64,000 nucleotides of DNA from Gemmatimonadaceae bacterium. Its GTDB lineage: Bacteria; Gemmatimonadota; Gemmatimonadetes; Gemmatimonadales; Gemmatimonadaceae. The position numbers were made by a program, and so were the translations under genes. The notes under the pieces are model-generated. The model was not told the origin of the DNA. It was given only the letters and a program-made list of their open reading frames with translations, and searched no databases. Of the stretch, positions 32,899 through 46,318 are shown one piece after another (position 1 is the first letter of the stretch; every line of letters starts with the position of its first letter). The stretch is taken from NCBI GenBank assembly GCA_051859245.1, contig JBHYGA010000005.1, forward strand, positions 96,001-160,000, written 5' to 3'.

Positions 32899-32983
32899 GT
32901 CGCCGTCCGAATCGTCGGGCGGCGCCGAACATCGGTCGGTCCTCGGGGGTGCACTTTCTGCAACGACGCACCACGAGGTTGTC

Positions 32984-35413
32984 ATGTCCACCACCGTTGC
33001 TGCTGTACGCAACAGCGCCACCACGATCGGCACGTATACGCCGCTCGCGCCGATCAGCGCGCTCACTGAGGTCGTCAAACGTGACGGCCGTCGCGCCCCG
33101 TGGGATCCCGATCGCATCACTCGCGCCATCGCACTGGCGTTCTACGCGTCGCGCACCAACGACGCCCCCAACACGCACGCCGATGACGCGGCCGCGCGCT
33201 ACGGACTCGGCTTTACCGATTTCTCCGAAGTGTGCGCCATTACGCAGCTCGTGGTGAACACGGTCGAGCGCAAAGCCGCGAGCGAAGCGCCCACCGTGGA
33301 AGGCATTCAGGACGTGGTGGAAATGATGATCGCCGCGCGCGGACACTGGGACATTGCCAAGCGCTATGTGCTCTATCGCGCGTCGCGCTCACAAACGCGC
33401 TTGTTGCCGCACGACGTGAGCGGACTCGAAGATTACATCTTCATTTCGCGCTACTCGCGGTACCGCGCGGATCTCGGTCGCCGTGAAACGCCGGCCGAAG
33501 CCTTCACGCGCGTGATGGACATGCACCGCGAACACTTTGCCGACCGTCTTGACCGGCCGGTAGCAGGACTTGGGAATCGCACACTGCGCGCACTGCTCGA
33601 CGACACGGAGCAGGCCTTGCAGCGCCGCGCCATTCTGCCGTCGATGCGTTCGTTGCAGTTTGGCGGTACCGCCATCGAAGCAAACAACGCACGCATGTTC
33701 AACTGTGCGTTCACGCACATGAATCGCCTTGAGGCGTTTCGTGAGTCGTTCTTCCTGTTGCTCTCCGGAACGGGAGTTGGATTCAGCGTACAGCGTCATC
33801 ACGTGGCGCAGCTGCCCATGTTCCCGGTGCGCGCTGCGGAGAATGAGTTGCCGGTCTTGCACTACAATGTGCCGGATCAGCTCGAAGGTTGGGCCGACGC
33901 GCTGCACGCGTTGCTGCGTAGCTATCTCGACGGACAGAAGATCGAGTTCAACTACAGTGCGATCCGCGCGCGTGGATTGCCACTGCGCACCTCGGGCGGT
34001 CGGGCGCCTGGGCACCGGCCACTGAAAAAAGCGCTCACCGCTGTTGAGCGTGTACTCGATCAGGTGTCGGGACGCGCGCTGCGTCCGATCGAAGTGTATG
34101 ACATCATGATGCACGTGGCGGTGGCCGTGCTGTCAGGCGGCATTCGCAGGTCCGCCACGATCTGTCTCTTTTCGGCCGACGACGAAGAGATGGCGGCCGC
34201 GAAAACCGGCAACTGGTTCGAGACCAATCCGCAGCGCGGCAAGTCGAACAACTCCGCCGTGCTCGTGCGCGACACGGTGAAGGAGCAGGATTTTGCGCGA
34301 CTGTTTGAATACCAGAAGGAGTACGGTGAGCCGGGCTTCTACTTCGTGGACGACGCCGAATACGGCGCGAATCCGTGTGTGGAGATCGGATTGGCGCCGG
34401 CGCTGACCGTTGATGATCGCGCGCGTGTGCAGCTTGCCGCCTATGGTCACGATGATGTGGCGGTTGGCACACGGCTGAGTGGTTGGCAGATGTGCAATCT
34501 CACCACCATCAACGGCGCGCAGTGTGACAGCGAGGAAGATTTCCTGGCCAGCTGCCAGGCGGCGTCGCTGCTCGGCACATTGCAGGCGGCCTACACCGAC
34601 ATTCCGTATCTCGGCGCCGTCACGCGCGTGATCAACGAACGGGAGTCGTTGCTCGGCGTGTCGATTTGCGGCATTCTGGAGCGTCCGTCGGTGTTGCTCA
34701 ATCCGTCGGTGCTGGAGCGCGGTGCGCAGGTGTGTCTGGATACGAATGCCGCGATCGCTGAACATCTCGGCATCAATCCGGCCGCGCGCCTGACTTGTGT
34801 GAAGCCGGAGGGCACCGCGTCACTGGTGCTTGGTGCGGCGTCTGGCATTCACCCGCATCACGCCCGCCACTACTTCCGCCGCGTTCAAGCCGCGCGTACC
34901 GAACCGTTGTATCAGTGGTTCAAGCTCCACAATCCGCACATGACGGAAACGTCGGTGTGGGATCCGGAAACCACCGATGTGATCACGTTCCCCGTGAGCG
35001 CCCGTGAAGATGCGATTCTTCGCGAAGAAGTGGGCGCGGTGCAGTTCCTGGACTACGTGCGCACGGTGCAGCGTCACTGGGTGTGCGCCGGGCGTCGTCA
35101 CGAGCAGTTCAATCCCGGCTTGCACCACAATGTGTCAAACACCGTTACGGTGCGCGACGACGAGTGGGACGCGGTGCAGCAGTTTATCTGGGAGAATCGC
35201 GAATACTTTGCCGGTATCTCTCTGCTGCGCGAATCGGGCGACAAGATTTACGCGCAGGCGCCGCGCGAGGCGGTGTCCACCGAATCAGACGCGGTCAAGT
35301 GGAACGCGCTGCAGTACCGTTCGGTGGACTACACACTGCTCCGTGAAGAGCACGATGTCACCGCGCTCGCCGATGTGGTCGCGTGTGCCGGTGGCGCGTG
35401 CGAGATCGTGTAA
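32984..35413 (+). CDS. nrdJ: ribonucleotide reductase, class II (NrdJ/RTPR-like) with N-terminal ATP-cone
   Basis: VVKRDG ATP-cone, RMFNC, GTGVGFS, GGIRRSA, EPG, NPCVEI, CNL, TCVKPEGT, C-terminal CAGGAC. Confidence 0.85.
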   Translation: MSTTVAAVRNSATTIGTYTPLAPISALTEVVKRDGRRAPWDPDRITRAIALAFYASRTNDAPNTHADDAAARYGLGFTDFSEVCAITQLVVNTVERKAASEAPTVEGIQDVVEMMIAARGHWDIAKRYVLYRASRSQTRLLPHDVSGLEDYIFISRYSRYRADLGRRETPAEAFTRVMDMHREHFADRLDRPVAGLGNRTLRALLDDTEQALQRRAILPSMRSLQFGGTAIEANNARMFNCAFTHMNRLEAFRESFFLLLSGTGVGFSVQRHHVAQLPMFPVRAAENELPVLHYNVPDQLEGWADALHALLRSYLDGQKIEFNYSAIRARGLPLRTSGGRAPGHRPLKKALTAVERVLDQVSGRALRPIEVYDIMMHVAVAVLSGGIRRSATICLFSADDEEMAAAKTGNWFETNPQRGKSNNSAVLVRDTVKEQDFARLFEYQKEYGEPGFYFVDDAEYGANPCVEIGLAPALTVDDRARVQLAAYGHDDVAVGTRLSGWQMCNLTTINGAQCDSEEDFLASCQAASLLGTLQAAYTDIPYLGAVTRVINERESLLGVSICGILERPSVLLNPSVLERGAQVCLDTNAAIAEHLGINPAARLTCVKPEGTASLVLGAASGIHPHHARHYFRRVQAARTEPLYQWFKLHNPHMTETSVWDPETTDVITFPVSAREDAILREEVGAVQFLDYVRTVQRHWVCAGRRHEQFNPGLHHNVSNTVTVRDDEWDAVQQFIWENREYFAGISLLRESGDKIYAQAPREAVSTESDAVKWNALQYRSVDYTLLREEHDVTALADVVACAGGACEIV

Positions 35414-35421
35414 CGCAACGC

Positions 35422-36687
35422 CTACAGCTGTGATTTGATCGGTAGCAGGAGTTTTTCAAGCAGTTTTTCGCGCAGCGGCCGGTTTCGCCACATGGCAAGC
35501 GAGTAGGGCTTGGCATTGGCGAGATCGCGCTCGAAGATCAGGAGCATGTCGTGCGCAAACGAATGATCGTACACATTCAGGCTCGCTTCGTCGTTCAGGC
35601 GAAGCGAGCGAATGTCCATGTTGGTGGAGCCCACTGACACAAACTCTTCGTCGATGATCACCAGCTTCACGTGGAGCATGGTGGGTTGGTACACGAAGAT
35701 CTCGACACCCGCTTCCAGCAGTTCGCCCCAGACTTGTTTGCTTGCAATGCGCACCGCGAACGAATCGAGATGCGGCCCTGGCAGCAAAATGCGCACGCGA
35801 ACGTCGCGTTTGCGTGCCGCGAGAAACGCTTCGATCAGCAGGTCGTCGGGCACAAAGTACGACGCGGCAATGTCGATGCGATGTGCCGCCGCGGCGATCG
35901 CGAGCAGGTAGAGCAGGTGCATGCTTTCGCTGCCGCTCGCCGGCGAGGCAATGAACATCTGCGCTTCAAGTGTGCCCACATCGGGAACCGCCGGAAAGAA
36001 CCGGTCGCCATTGAGCACGCGCCCGGTCGATTTGATCCAGTTGTCGTTGAATGCGGCCTGCAACTGCGCCACAACCGGACCTTCCACACGGAAGTGCATG
36101 TCGCGCCATTCGTCGGGTGACGACGCGTCCCCTTGCCACTGGTCCGCAATGCCAACGCCGCCCGTGAACCCCACGCGCCCGTCGACCACCAGCAGCTTGC
36201 GATGCGTCCGGTTGTTCATGCGGCCGAGATTGTACCAATGCAGCGGACGGTATCGATGCACGTGGACGCCGGCGTCTTCCATGGCGTGCAGCAAATCGTT
36301 GTCCATCTTGACGCTGCCCGCCCAGTCCAGCGTGACGTGCACGGGCACACCCGCCCGCGCGCGTTCGCCGAGCGCGTCGCTGAACTTCTGACCGATCTCT
36401 CCGCTCCAGTAAATGTACGTTTCGAACGTGATGGAGCGTTCCGCGCGTTCAATCGCCTGCAGCATGGCCGGGAAAATTTCCGCGCCGTTCTGCAGCGCGC
36501 GCACCTCATTCCCGCCCACGATAGACGGCGACATCATGAGCGACATCTCACGACGGAACTGCGCGTCGGCAATATCGTATCGATGTTCAATTTTTCTTTC
36601 GAGTTTTTTCTCTGCGGTGGCAAAGTTCATGGCCAACGCGGCGAGCAGCAGGGTCACGAGCGCGGTGACGGCGATCGTGACCATCAT
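35422..36687 (-). CDS. cls: cardiolipin synthase (phospholipase D family)
   Basis: Two HKD motifs (HRKLLVVDG, HVKLVIID), GSTNMDIRS. Confidence 0.9.
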   Translation of the reverse strand: MMVTIAVTALVTLLLAALAMNFATAEKKLERKIEHRYDIADAQFRREMSLMMSPSIVGGNEVRALQNGAEIFPAMLQAIERAERSITFETYIYWSGEIGQKFSDALGERARAGVPVHVTLDWAGSVKMDNDLLHAMEDAGVHVHRYRPLHWYNLGRMNNRTHRKLLVVDGRVGFTGGVGIADQWQGDASSPDEWRDMHFRVEGPVVAQLQAAFNDNWIKSTGRVLNGDRFFPAVPDVGTLEAQMFIASPASGSESMHLLYLLAIAAAAHRIDIAASYFVPDDLLIEAFLAARKRDVRVRILLPGPHLDSFAVRIASKQVWGELLEAGVEIFVYQPTMLHVKLVIIDEEFVSVGSTNMDIRSLRLNDEASLNVYDHSFAHDMLLIFERDLANAKPYSLAMWRNRPLREKLLEKLLLPIKSQL

Positions 36688-37817
36688 GGCGCAACGTTGG
36701 CGGTGCTGGGCAGCGTGAAGCGAAAGGTGGTGCCGCGACCGAGCTCGCTCTCCACCGTCACGGTGCCCTGATGCGCTTCGACAAACGTTTTCACGATCGC
36801 GAGCCCAAGACCGAGGCCTCCTTCTTTTTCCGCATCGTGCTCGTGCTTGGTGAAGACGGTTGGCAGTTTGTCGCTCGACATACCGGCGCCGTTATCGCGC
36901 ACGCTGCATTCCACGCTGCCCGCGTCATCAATGGTGCGAGCACTGACGACGATCTCGCCGTTCGGCGTGTAGCTGATCGCGTTGGCGATCAGGTTCTGCA
37001 GGATGCGTTGCAGCAGCCCGGCATCGGCGTGCACGCGTAAATCGTCTGGGACCTCGTTGATCAGCAGCGTTGAGCCGGTGCCGGCCACAGGGTGCAGATC
37101 ATGAATCAACCCTTCCACGAGCGGCCACAGGTAGATGTAGCGTCGCTCAAGCTTGATACCCAGTTCCGTGGCCAGATTCGAGTTCTCAGCGATGACCTTG
37201 GCCACCAGCTTCTGCAGTGTATCCACGCTGCGATTGAGCGCACGAAACATCTGCGCGGTTTGTGGCTGCGCGGCGATCGGTTCGGCCAGCCGCATTTCGA
37301 TCACGCGTGATGAGAGCGCGATGGCGTTGAGCGGTGTGCGCAGATCGTGGGCCACAAAGGCGAGATACTCTTCGCGCCGGGCGAGTACCTGTCGCGCCTG
37401 GTAGGTAGCGAAGGTCGACACTGCGGAGCCAATGGAGCCATCGAACACGCGGTTGAGAACGTGGAACGGCTGGCCTTGCAGCGTGAGGTTGTTTCGATCG
37501 GCGAGGTCGTGAATGCATCCGCGCAGAATGTTGTACTCGGCAACGACTTCCTGAATATCGAAGCCCTCGGAAACGCGCTGCAGGCCGTGGTCGGGCGGGC
37601 TGCCTTCCTCGACGACCTCGGCGATGGTTTCGTCGGTTCCAATGCGCAGGGCCTCGACGAGCTCGCTCAGGAGATCCGGGATGTGGTCATTGAGCGTGGG
37701 CGTGTCGAGATGGCGTGCGGACTCGAGTTCCCGCACCTTGGCACGCCATTCGGTGAGCAGCGCGTCCTTCTCCTGGTCAATGAGCTGGGCGAGCGCACGG
37801 AGCGTCTGGTGGGTCAT
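36684..37817 (-). CDS. sensor histidine kinase with RsbRD-N-like cytoplasmic input domain
   Basis: H box HDLRTPL, N box NLIANA, DNGAG, GLGLGL; N-terminal HGLQR...EY motif; no TM. Confidence 0.88.
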   Translation of the reverse strand: MTHQTLRALAQLIDQEKDALLTEWRAKVRELESARHLDTPTLNDHIPDLLSELVEALRIGTDETIAEVVEEGSPPDHGLQRVSEGFDIQEVVAEYNILRGCIHDLADRNNLTLQGQPFHVLNRVFDGSIGSAVSTFATYQARQVLARREEYLAFVAHDLRTPLNAIALSSRVIEMRLAEPIAAQPQTAQMFRALNRSVDTLQKLVAKVIAENSNLATELGIKLERRYIYLWPLVEGLIHDLHPVAGTGSTLLINEVPDDLRVHADAGLLQRILQNLIANAISYTPNGEIVVSARTIDDAGSVECSVRDNGAGMSSDKLPTVFTKHEHDAEKEGGLGLGLAIVKTFVEAHQGTVTVESELGRGTTFRFTLPSTANVAP

Positions 37818-37982
37818 GGCGGGGGCGTCGCGGCGGGTCGTGAGTCGGGGAGGCGGAGCGGAAGGGAAAGCTACTGCCGGTGCCGTGGGGGCGGATACGT
37901 CGCCAATCACGCCAGTTGTTTCCCGGGGGCCACGGTGATATTCTGAGGATCTGTACCATCGCACGGGGTATCCGTGCGTGCC

Positions 37983-38055
37983 GCTCACGTAGCTCAGTCG
38001 GCAGAGCACATCCTTGGTAAGGATGAGGTCACCGGTTCGATCCCGGTCGTGAGCT
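37983..38055 (+). tRNA. tRNA-Thr(GGT)
   Basis: Acceptor GCTCACG/CGTGAGC, catcc-TTGGTAA-ggatg. Confidence 0.96.
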
Positions 38056-38356
38056 CTCGGTGCCTGGGATCTCCCCGGGTGCCGGTCCGAGTGATTTCGC
38101 ACCCCGCTTGCGCCGACTTTCCGGCGCCGCTACGTTTCAGGGCTCACCCCGTTGCCCTGACCCAACGTGTGTCACAGCGCCAGAATATCGGTGTTGCTGG
38201 CGTCTGGAACGTCTGGATTGGAGTAGCTGTAGGGAGTTCACAATTGCGAAGCGGTCTGGGCCAGACGCCGCACTCACGCACAGGGCGTGGGTGCTCCGCG
38301 CCCAGATCACATCGACCGAACGGCCCCGTGTTGGGCCGCTGTCCGGAGCCGGAACG

Positions 38357-38509
38357 ATGCCGCGCGACAAGATTATTCTCGGTTGCACCGAGTGCAAGAA
38401 TCGCAACTACTTCACGTCCAAGAACAAGCGCCTGCACCCAGAGCGCGTGGAATGGAAGAAGTACTGCCCGCGGTGCAACAAGCACCTCGTGCATAAGGAA
38501 ACGAAGTAA
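38357..38509 (+). CDS. rpmG: 50S ribosomal protein L33
   Basis: [18 protein letters not shown]...[15 protein letters not shown]. Confidence 0.96.
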   Translation: MPRDKIILGCTECKNRNYFTSKNKRLHPERVEWKKYCPRCNKHLVHKETK

Positions 38510-38511
38510 TC

Positions 38512-38745
38512 ATGGCTACCACCACCGAAGTGGTCGAGCGTCCGGGCCTGGTGCCACGTACGGTTGCGTACTATCGCGACGTCGTGGCCGAAATGAAGAA
38601 GGTCACCTGGCCCGATAAAGATCAGATTCGTCAGATGACGATTCAGATCACGATCTTCGTGCTGGTGATTGGCGCGGTGATTGGCCTGATGGATCTGATG
38701 CTGCAGGGGGCGTTGATTCGCCTTCCGCAGGCGCTGCTTCGCTAA
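38512..38745 (+). CDS. secE: preprotein translocase SecE
   Basis: EMKKVTWP followed by one TM helix. Confidence 0.93.
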   Translation: MATTTEVVERPGLVPRTVAYYRDVVAEMKKVTWPDKDQIRQMTIQITIFVLVIGAVIGLMDLMLQGALIRLPQALLR

Positions 38746-38756
38746 GGGCGGCGGCC

Positions 38757-39302
38757 ATGTTCGAACACCGCTGGTACGCCGTGCAAACCACGTCGGGCCA
38801 CGAGAACAAGGTGCAGCGGCTGTTGCAGCGCAAGATCGACACCGATCCGGCGGAAGCTGAAGCGCGTGCCATCCGGCAGGCGCTCGTGCCCACGCAGGAA
38901 GTGGTGGAAATCAAGAATGGCAAGAAGGTCACGGTCGAGCGCAAGATCTACCCGGGCTACGTGCTCGTGGAGATGGTGCCGTCGCAAGACACGCTGCACG
39001 AAGTGAGTGCGGTGCAGGGCGTGATCAAGTTTGTGGGCAAGGATCGCGATCCCATGCCGCTGCGTGATGATGAAGTCAAGCGGTTGCTTGGCATTGTCGA
39101 CGATGCGGATGCGCGTCCGGCCAAAGAAGAGATTCCGTTCCTTGTGGGTCAGGCGGTACAGATCACCGAGGGACCGTTTGCCGAGTTCAGCGGCTCCGTA
39201 GAAGAAGTGCTGACGGACAAGGGCAAAGTGCGGGTGTCGGTGAGCCTGTTTGGTCGCCCGACATCGGTCGAACTGGATTACCTGCAGCTGCGCGCCTACT
39301 AA
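38757..39302 (+). CDS. nusG: transcription termination/antitermination factor NusG
   Basis: WYAVQT.SGHE, YPGYVLV, KOW domain GPFAEF, FGRPT. Confidence 0.97.
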   Translation: MFEHRWYAVQTTSGHENKVQRLLQRKIDTDPAEAEARAIRQALVPTQEVVEIKNGKKVTVERKIYPGYVLVEMVPSQDTLHEVSAVQGVIKFVGKDRDPMPLRDDEVKRLLGIVDDADARPAKEEIPFLVGQAVQITEGPFAEFSGSVEEVLTDKGKVRVSVSLFGRPTSVELDYLQLRAY

Positions 39303-39423
39303 GCAGCGGCAGGGTCGCACTGGCAACAGTGCGCGCCGGATACCACGACGGCGTTAAACGCAACAGTGGGAGCAAGACCGATGCAGGACATTCCGGCATC
39401 GGACGTTCGCGAGAGGTAGACGG

Positions 39424-39846
39424 ATGGCCAAGAAGGTTACGGGTTTCGTCAAGCTGCAGATTCCTGCAGGCAAGGCGAATCCGGCCCCGCCGGTAGGTAC
39501 GGCTCTCGGTCCGCAGGGCATCAACATCATGTCATTCTGCAAAGAGTTTAACGCTCGCACGCAGGGTGGTGATATGATCGTCCCGGTCGAGGTCACGATC
39601 TACGGCGACAAGTCGTTCACCTTTATCCTCAAGACTCCGCCAGCGGCAGAGCTCTTGAAGAAAGAGGCGGGCGTACCCAAGGGGTCGGGTCAGCCGAACA
39701 AGGTCAAAGTGGGTTCAGTCACGAAGGCTCAGGTCAAGAAGATTGCCGAGCTGAAAATGCCGGACCTGAATACGGAATCACTTGAAAGTGCCATGGCGAT
39801 GGTCGCGGGTGCGGCTCGCTCCATGGGCATCACGGTGACCGACTAA
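39424..39846 (+). CDS. rplK: 50S ribosomal protein L11
   Basis: [21 protein letters not shown]. Confidence 0.98.
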   Translation: MAKKVTGFVKLQIPAGKANPAPPVGTALGPQGINIMSFCKEFNARTQGGDMIVPVEVTIYGDKSFTFILKTPPAAELLKKEAGVPKGSGQPNKVKVGSVTKAQVKKIAELKMPDLNTESLESAMAMVAGAARSMGITVTD

Positions 39847-40535
39847 TGCGCACCTACGGCAAGAAGTACACGGCCGCGGCCAAGAGCCGCGAGATCGGCG
39901 CCGCGCATGCAGCGGATAAGGCGATCGCCCTCGTGAAGAGCATGGCGTTTGCCAAGTTCGACGAGACGGTCGAGGTCGCAGTGCGCCTCGGCGTGGATCC
40001 GCGTCATGCGGATCAGGTCGTGCGTGGTACCGTGGTGCTCCCCGAGGGAACCGGTAAGACCATGCGCGTGCTCGTCATTGCGACGGGTGCCAAGATCCAG
40101 GAAGCGCAGGACGCAGGGGCCGATTTTGTCGGCACCGAGTTCCTTGCGAAGATCAAGGATGGCTGGTTGGATTTTGATGTCATGATCGCGACCCCGGATC
40201 AGATGGGTCAGATCGGCGCGTTGGGCCGAGTGCTTGGTCCGCGTGGTTTGATGCCAAATCCGAAGGCTGGCACTGTCACGTTCGACGTGGCCAAGGCAGT
40301 CAAAGAATCAAAGGGCGGCAAGATCGAGTTCCGCGTTGACAAGGGCGGCAATGTGCACGCTCCGATCGGCAAGGTCTCGTTTGAAGCTGCTGCGCTGGAG
40401 CGCAACTTTGCAGCGTTCATGGATCAGATTGTGCGATCCAAGCCGAGCGCGGCAAAGGGTGTGTATGTCCGTAACGTCGCGATCTCGAGCTCCATGGGTC
40501 CCGGCGTCACCATCGATACCAATCCGTACCGGTAA
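39846..40535 (+). CDS. rplA: 50S ribosomal protein L1
   Basis: [27 protein letters not shown]. Confidence 0.98.
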   Translation: MRTYGKKYTAAAKSREIGAAHAADKAIALVKSMAFAKFDETVEVAVRLGVDPRHADQVVRGTVVLPEGTGKTMRVLVIATGAKIQEAQDAGADFVGTEFLAKIKDGWLDFDVMIATPDQMGQIGALGRVLGPRGLMPNPKAGTVTFDVAKAVKESKGGKIEFRVDKGGNVHAPIGKVSFEAAALERNFAAFMDQIVRSKPSAAKGVYVRNVAISSSMGPGVTIDTNPYR

Positions 40536-40549
40536 GGGGCGACGCAACC

Positions 40550-41065
40550 ATGAAGAAATCGAAGAAGACAGAACTCGTTGGTGAGCTGAAGGACAAGCTC
40601 GCCACGGCGAGTGCGGTGTACTACACCGACTTCACCGGGCTGAACGTGAAGCGCATGACGGAACTCCGTCGCCGTTTCCGGAAAGCTGGTGTGGAGTACG
40701 TGGTCATCAAGAACACGCTCGCGCTGCGGGCGGTAAACGAGAGCGGTCTGGTGTCAGAGCGTCTCCGCGGTCCGACAGGACTCGTGGTGACGACCGATCC
40801 GGTCGCCGGCGCCAAGGTGCTGACCGAGTTTGCGAAGGAAAACGACCAGAAGCCGGCCATCAAGGGCGGTGTGTTTGACGGTCGTCGTCTGGATGTCGAC
40901 CAGGTCAAGCAGCTGGCCAATATGCCGTCACGGGAGCAGTTGCTCTCCGAGCTGGCCGGAACCCTGCAGGCCCCGATGGCGGGCATGCTCGGTGCCATGA
41001 ATGCGCTCTTTACCAACTTCGCTGGCGCGCTCGACGCGCTCAAGCAGCAGAAGGAAGCTGCCTGA
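40550..41065 (+). CDS. rplJ: 50S ribosomal protein L10
   Basis: DFTGLNV, VIKNTL, MPSREQLL. Confidence 0.96.
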   Translation: MKKSKKTELVGELKDKLATASAVYYTDFTGLNVKRMTELRRRFRKAGVEYVVIKNTLALRAVNESGLVSERLRGPTGLVVTTDPVAGAKVLTEFAKENDQKPAIKGGVFDGRRLDVDQVKQLANMPSREQLLSELAGTLQAPMAGMLGAMNALFTNFAGALDALKQQKEAA

Positions 41066-41131
41066 ATCCCCCAGGCGTACGCCTGAACAACGCCCCAGGA
41101 ACACCTGGGAGATTACTGAGGAGATAGTACC

Positions 41132-41518
41132 ATGGCGAACACCACGCTGAGCAAGGACGAAATTCTCGACGCAATCGGCAACATGTCGGTTTTCGAGCTG
41201 TCCGAAATGATTGAAGCGTTCAAGGAGAAGTTCAACGTCACCATCGCAGTGGCCGCCCCGGCTGCCGCTGCGGCTGCGCCGGCTGCTGCCGCCGCGGTTG
41301 AGGAGCAGACTGAGTTCGAAGTCATCCTCAAGGAAGCGGGCGCCAAGAAGATCCAGGTCATCAAGGTGGTTCGCGAAATCACCGGCCTGGGCCTGAAGGA
41401 AGCCAAGGACCTGGTGGATGGCGCTCCGAAGAGCGTGAAGGAAAATGTGTCGAAGGATGAAGCCGCACAGCTGAAGGCCAAGCTCGAAGCTGAAGGCGCG
41501 TCGGTCGAAGTCAAGTAA
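41132..41518 (+). CDS. rplL: 50S ribosomal protein L7/L12
   Basis: Ala-rich hinge, [20 protein letters not shown]. Confidence 0.98.
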   Translation: MANTTLSKDEILDAIGNMSVFELSEMIEAFKEKFNVTIAVAAPAAAAAAPAAAAAVEEQTEFEVILKEAGAKKIQVIKVVREITGLGLKEAKDLVDGAPKSVKENVSKDEAAQLKAKLEAEGASVEVK

Positions 41519-41761
41519 GGTTCCGAACTCGTGGGCGGTACCACTCCGGTGCCGCCCCGGGTTCTGGTTCTTCACTTGACCCTCGACCATCGTGATCCTG
41601 TCCGCACGTACGTCAAAATTTCGTAGTTTCGCTCCCTCCCGGTCCGCACGGCGTTCGCCGTTTTGCGCATCGGGAGCGGAGCGTTTCGTGTCCCTGATTA
41701 CCGCGTCGCGTTCGGCGGCGTTCGGCATCGGGATTCGACCCGTCGGTGAGCCCTTGACGCC

Positions 41762-46315
<4,554 letters not shown>

Positions 46316-46318
46316 CCA

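Noticed and set aside
25645..37982. Integrative element or prophage inserted at tRNA-Gly
   Set aside because: No integrase, no phage or conjugation genes, and no duplicated tRNA 3' end found at the far boundary.
38190..38280. Hairpin (gcgtctgg/ccagacgc) between tRNA-Thr and rpmG as a degenerate tRNA-Trp, tuf remnant or 6S RNA
   Set aside because: No T-loop or CCA anticodon arm, no EF-Tu-like translation, and too short for 6S RNA.
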